From Raillietiella orientalis (taxonomy: Eukaryota), in NCBI GenBank assembly GCA_036172245.1, contig JAYWIR010000046.1, positions 1,240,001-1,304,000 on the forward strand: DNA of 64,000 bases, written 5' to 3'. Position numbers and translations under genes: made by a program. How positions within the stretch are numbered: position 1 is the stretch's first letter; each line of letters starts with the position of its first letter. The notes beneath the pieces were generated by a model that was not told the DNA's origin, searched no databases, and saw only the letters and a list, made by a program, of their open reading frames with translations. Positions 63,068 through 64,000 of the stretch are shown here, in pieces.

Positions 63068-64000
63068 ACTGTTTCAGTTTCAATACCGTTTTGCCAGGAA
63101 CTCGGCATTACATAGTTCGAAGCAACAGAAGTCTTTCATCCTCAGAACAAAATACGAAGTGATGTAAAAGTTTCGAAGGTTTTTAATAAACTTAAATGCT
63201 CTCAGATTCAATAGCGCTGTGTGCCTGTCATATTGTCGTAAACTGAATTTGTGTTCTCAATTTGTTTGTTTCGAAGCTGCTCCAAGAGCACTCTAATTCA
63301 GCTTGTTTGCATGTAGCCATCGAGTGCAGAGAACTTGTCTTTCCTTGTCTCTTTTTCCATATTTGTGATTGATATCTGATTTTGATCTCACTCCATTCGC
63401 ACAATTTTCAAGAATTGGAAGGAAATGCCGCACGATTTTCAAGTAAGAAATCTTATTACAAGGATAAGAAGAACAACGGCGTTACTGAAAGTGCACCTCG
63501 AAGAAACAGTGCACGGCTTAGCTCTTGTTAGAAGCTGTTACGTGAAAAGTGGCTTTTCTTCTTCCAATTGATCAATGGGAACTATATTGCTTTCGCCACA
63601 TAGGACTCCTACAGCTAGTGAATTCTGGACTCTCGACAAAGTCAGCGGAGAAGACAAGTTTACTGGAATCAGAGTAAAAGTTGTAGTTCCAGAAATTGCG
63701 CTCAAAACAATTGTAAAAGGATATTATTCAGGAGCAACGAAAATTTTAAGCAATTTTTGTCTCTTGCTCAAGGGAGCATTTAGCAGCAGTGACCGTGAAC
63801 GTATTTTGTTCTGGCGATCGATGAATAAGAAAGCTAACGAAACAGAAGCTCTACTACATGAACATCAGTTCGCCTTGAACTCATTATTTTGGAAAAGTAA
63901 CTGAGAAGGTAATTGTTTCTAGTTGCACATTCGAAATCCACAGATATACAGCCCTCTTCTGGAAGCAATTTATTACTTTTCCTCACAGGAATCAGTTAAC

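Noticed and set aside
1..64000. CRISPR arrays, operons, rRNA or tRNA genes
   Set aside because: I saw no regularly spaced repeat-spacer array, no dense prokaryotic ORF packing, and no recognisable rRNA or tRNA sequence. A tRNAscan-SE/Infernal run would be needed to exclude diverged RNA genes.

Overview
AT-rich eukaryotic genomic DNA, most likely arthropod; this is inferred from a Sidestep-type Ig gene and TTAGG repeats. The main feature is a spliced + strand gene for a Sidestep/nephrin-like immunoglobulin-superfamily type I membrane protein. It can be rebuilt by hand from nine phase-compatible exons between 10182 and 27938, covering four Ig domains (Ig2-Ig5), an FN3 domain, a transmembrane helix and the start of the cytoplasmic tail. 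The signal peptide and Ig1 exons were not found, and the 3' end is uncertain (candidates at 28005-28081, 37296-37399 and 50140-50174). One intron (about 15902-16278) lacks a clean canonical acceptor and has a U12-type ATATCCTTT motif in frame. The rest is intronic or intergenic DNA with decayed transposons: a non-LTR relic at 1-4600, BEL/Pao-like, Ty3/gypsy-like and Tc1-like relics, and a younger GC-rich LINE 3' fragment at about 52740-53620. The most unusual structures are two adjacent hairpins with unrelated stems but the same 18-nt loop in opposite orientations (55169-55527), a perfect 84-bp palindrome (38669-38752) and an unassigned 160-aa ORF (50556-51038). Most ORFs in the supplied track look spurious. 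All family assignments come from motif recognition by eye, not from database searches.
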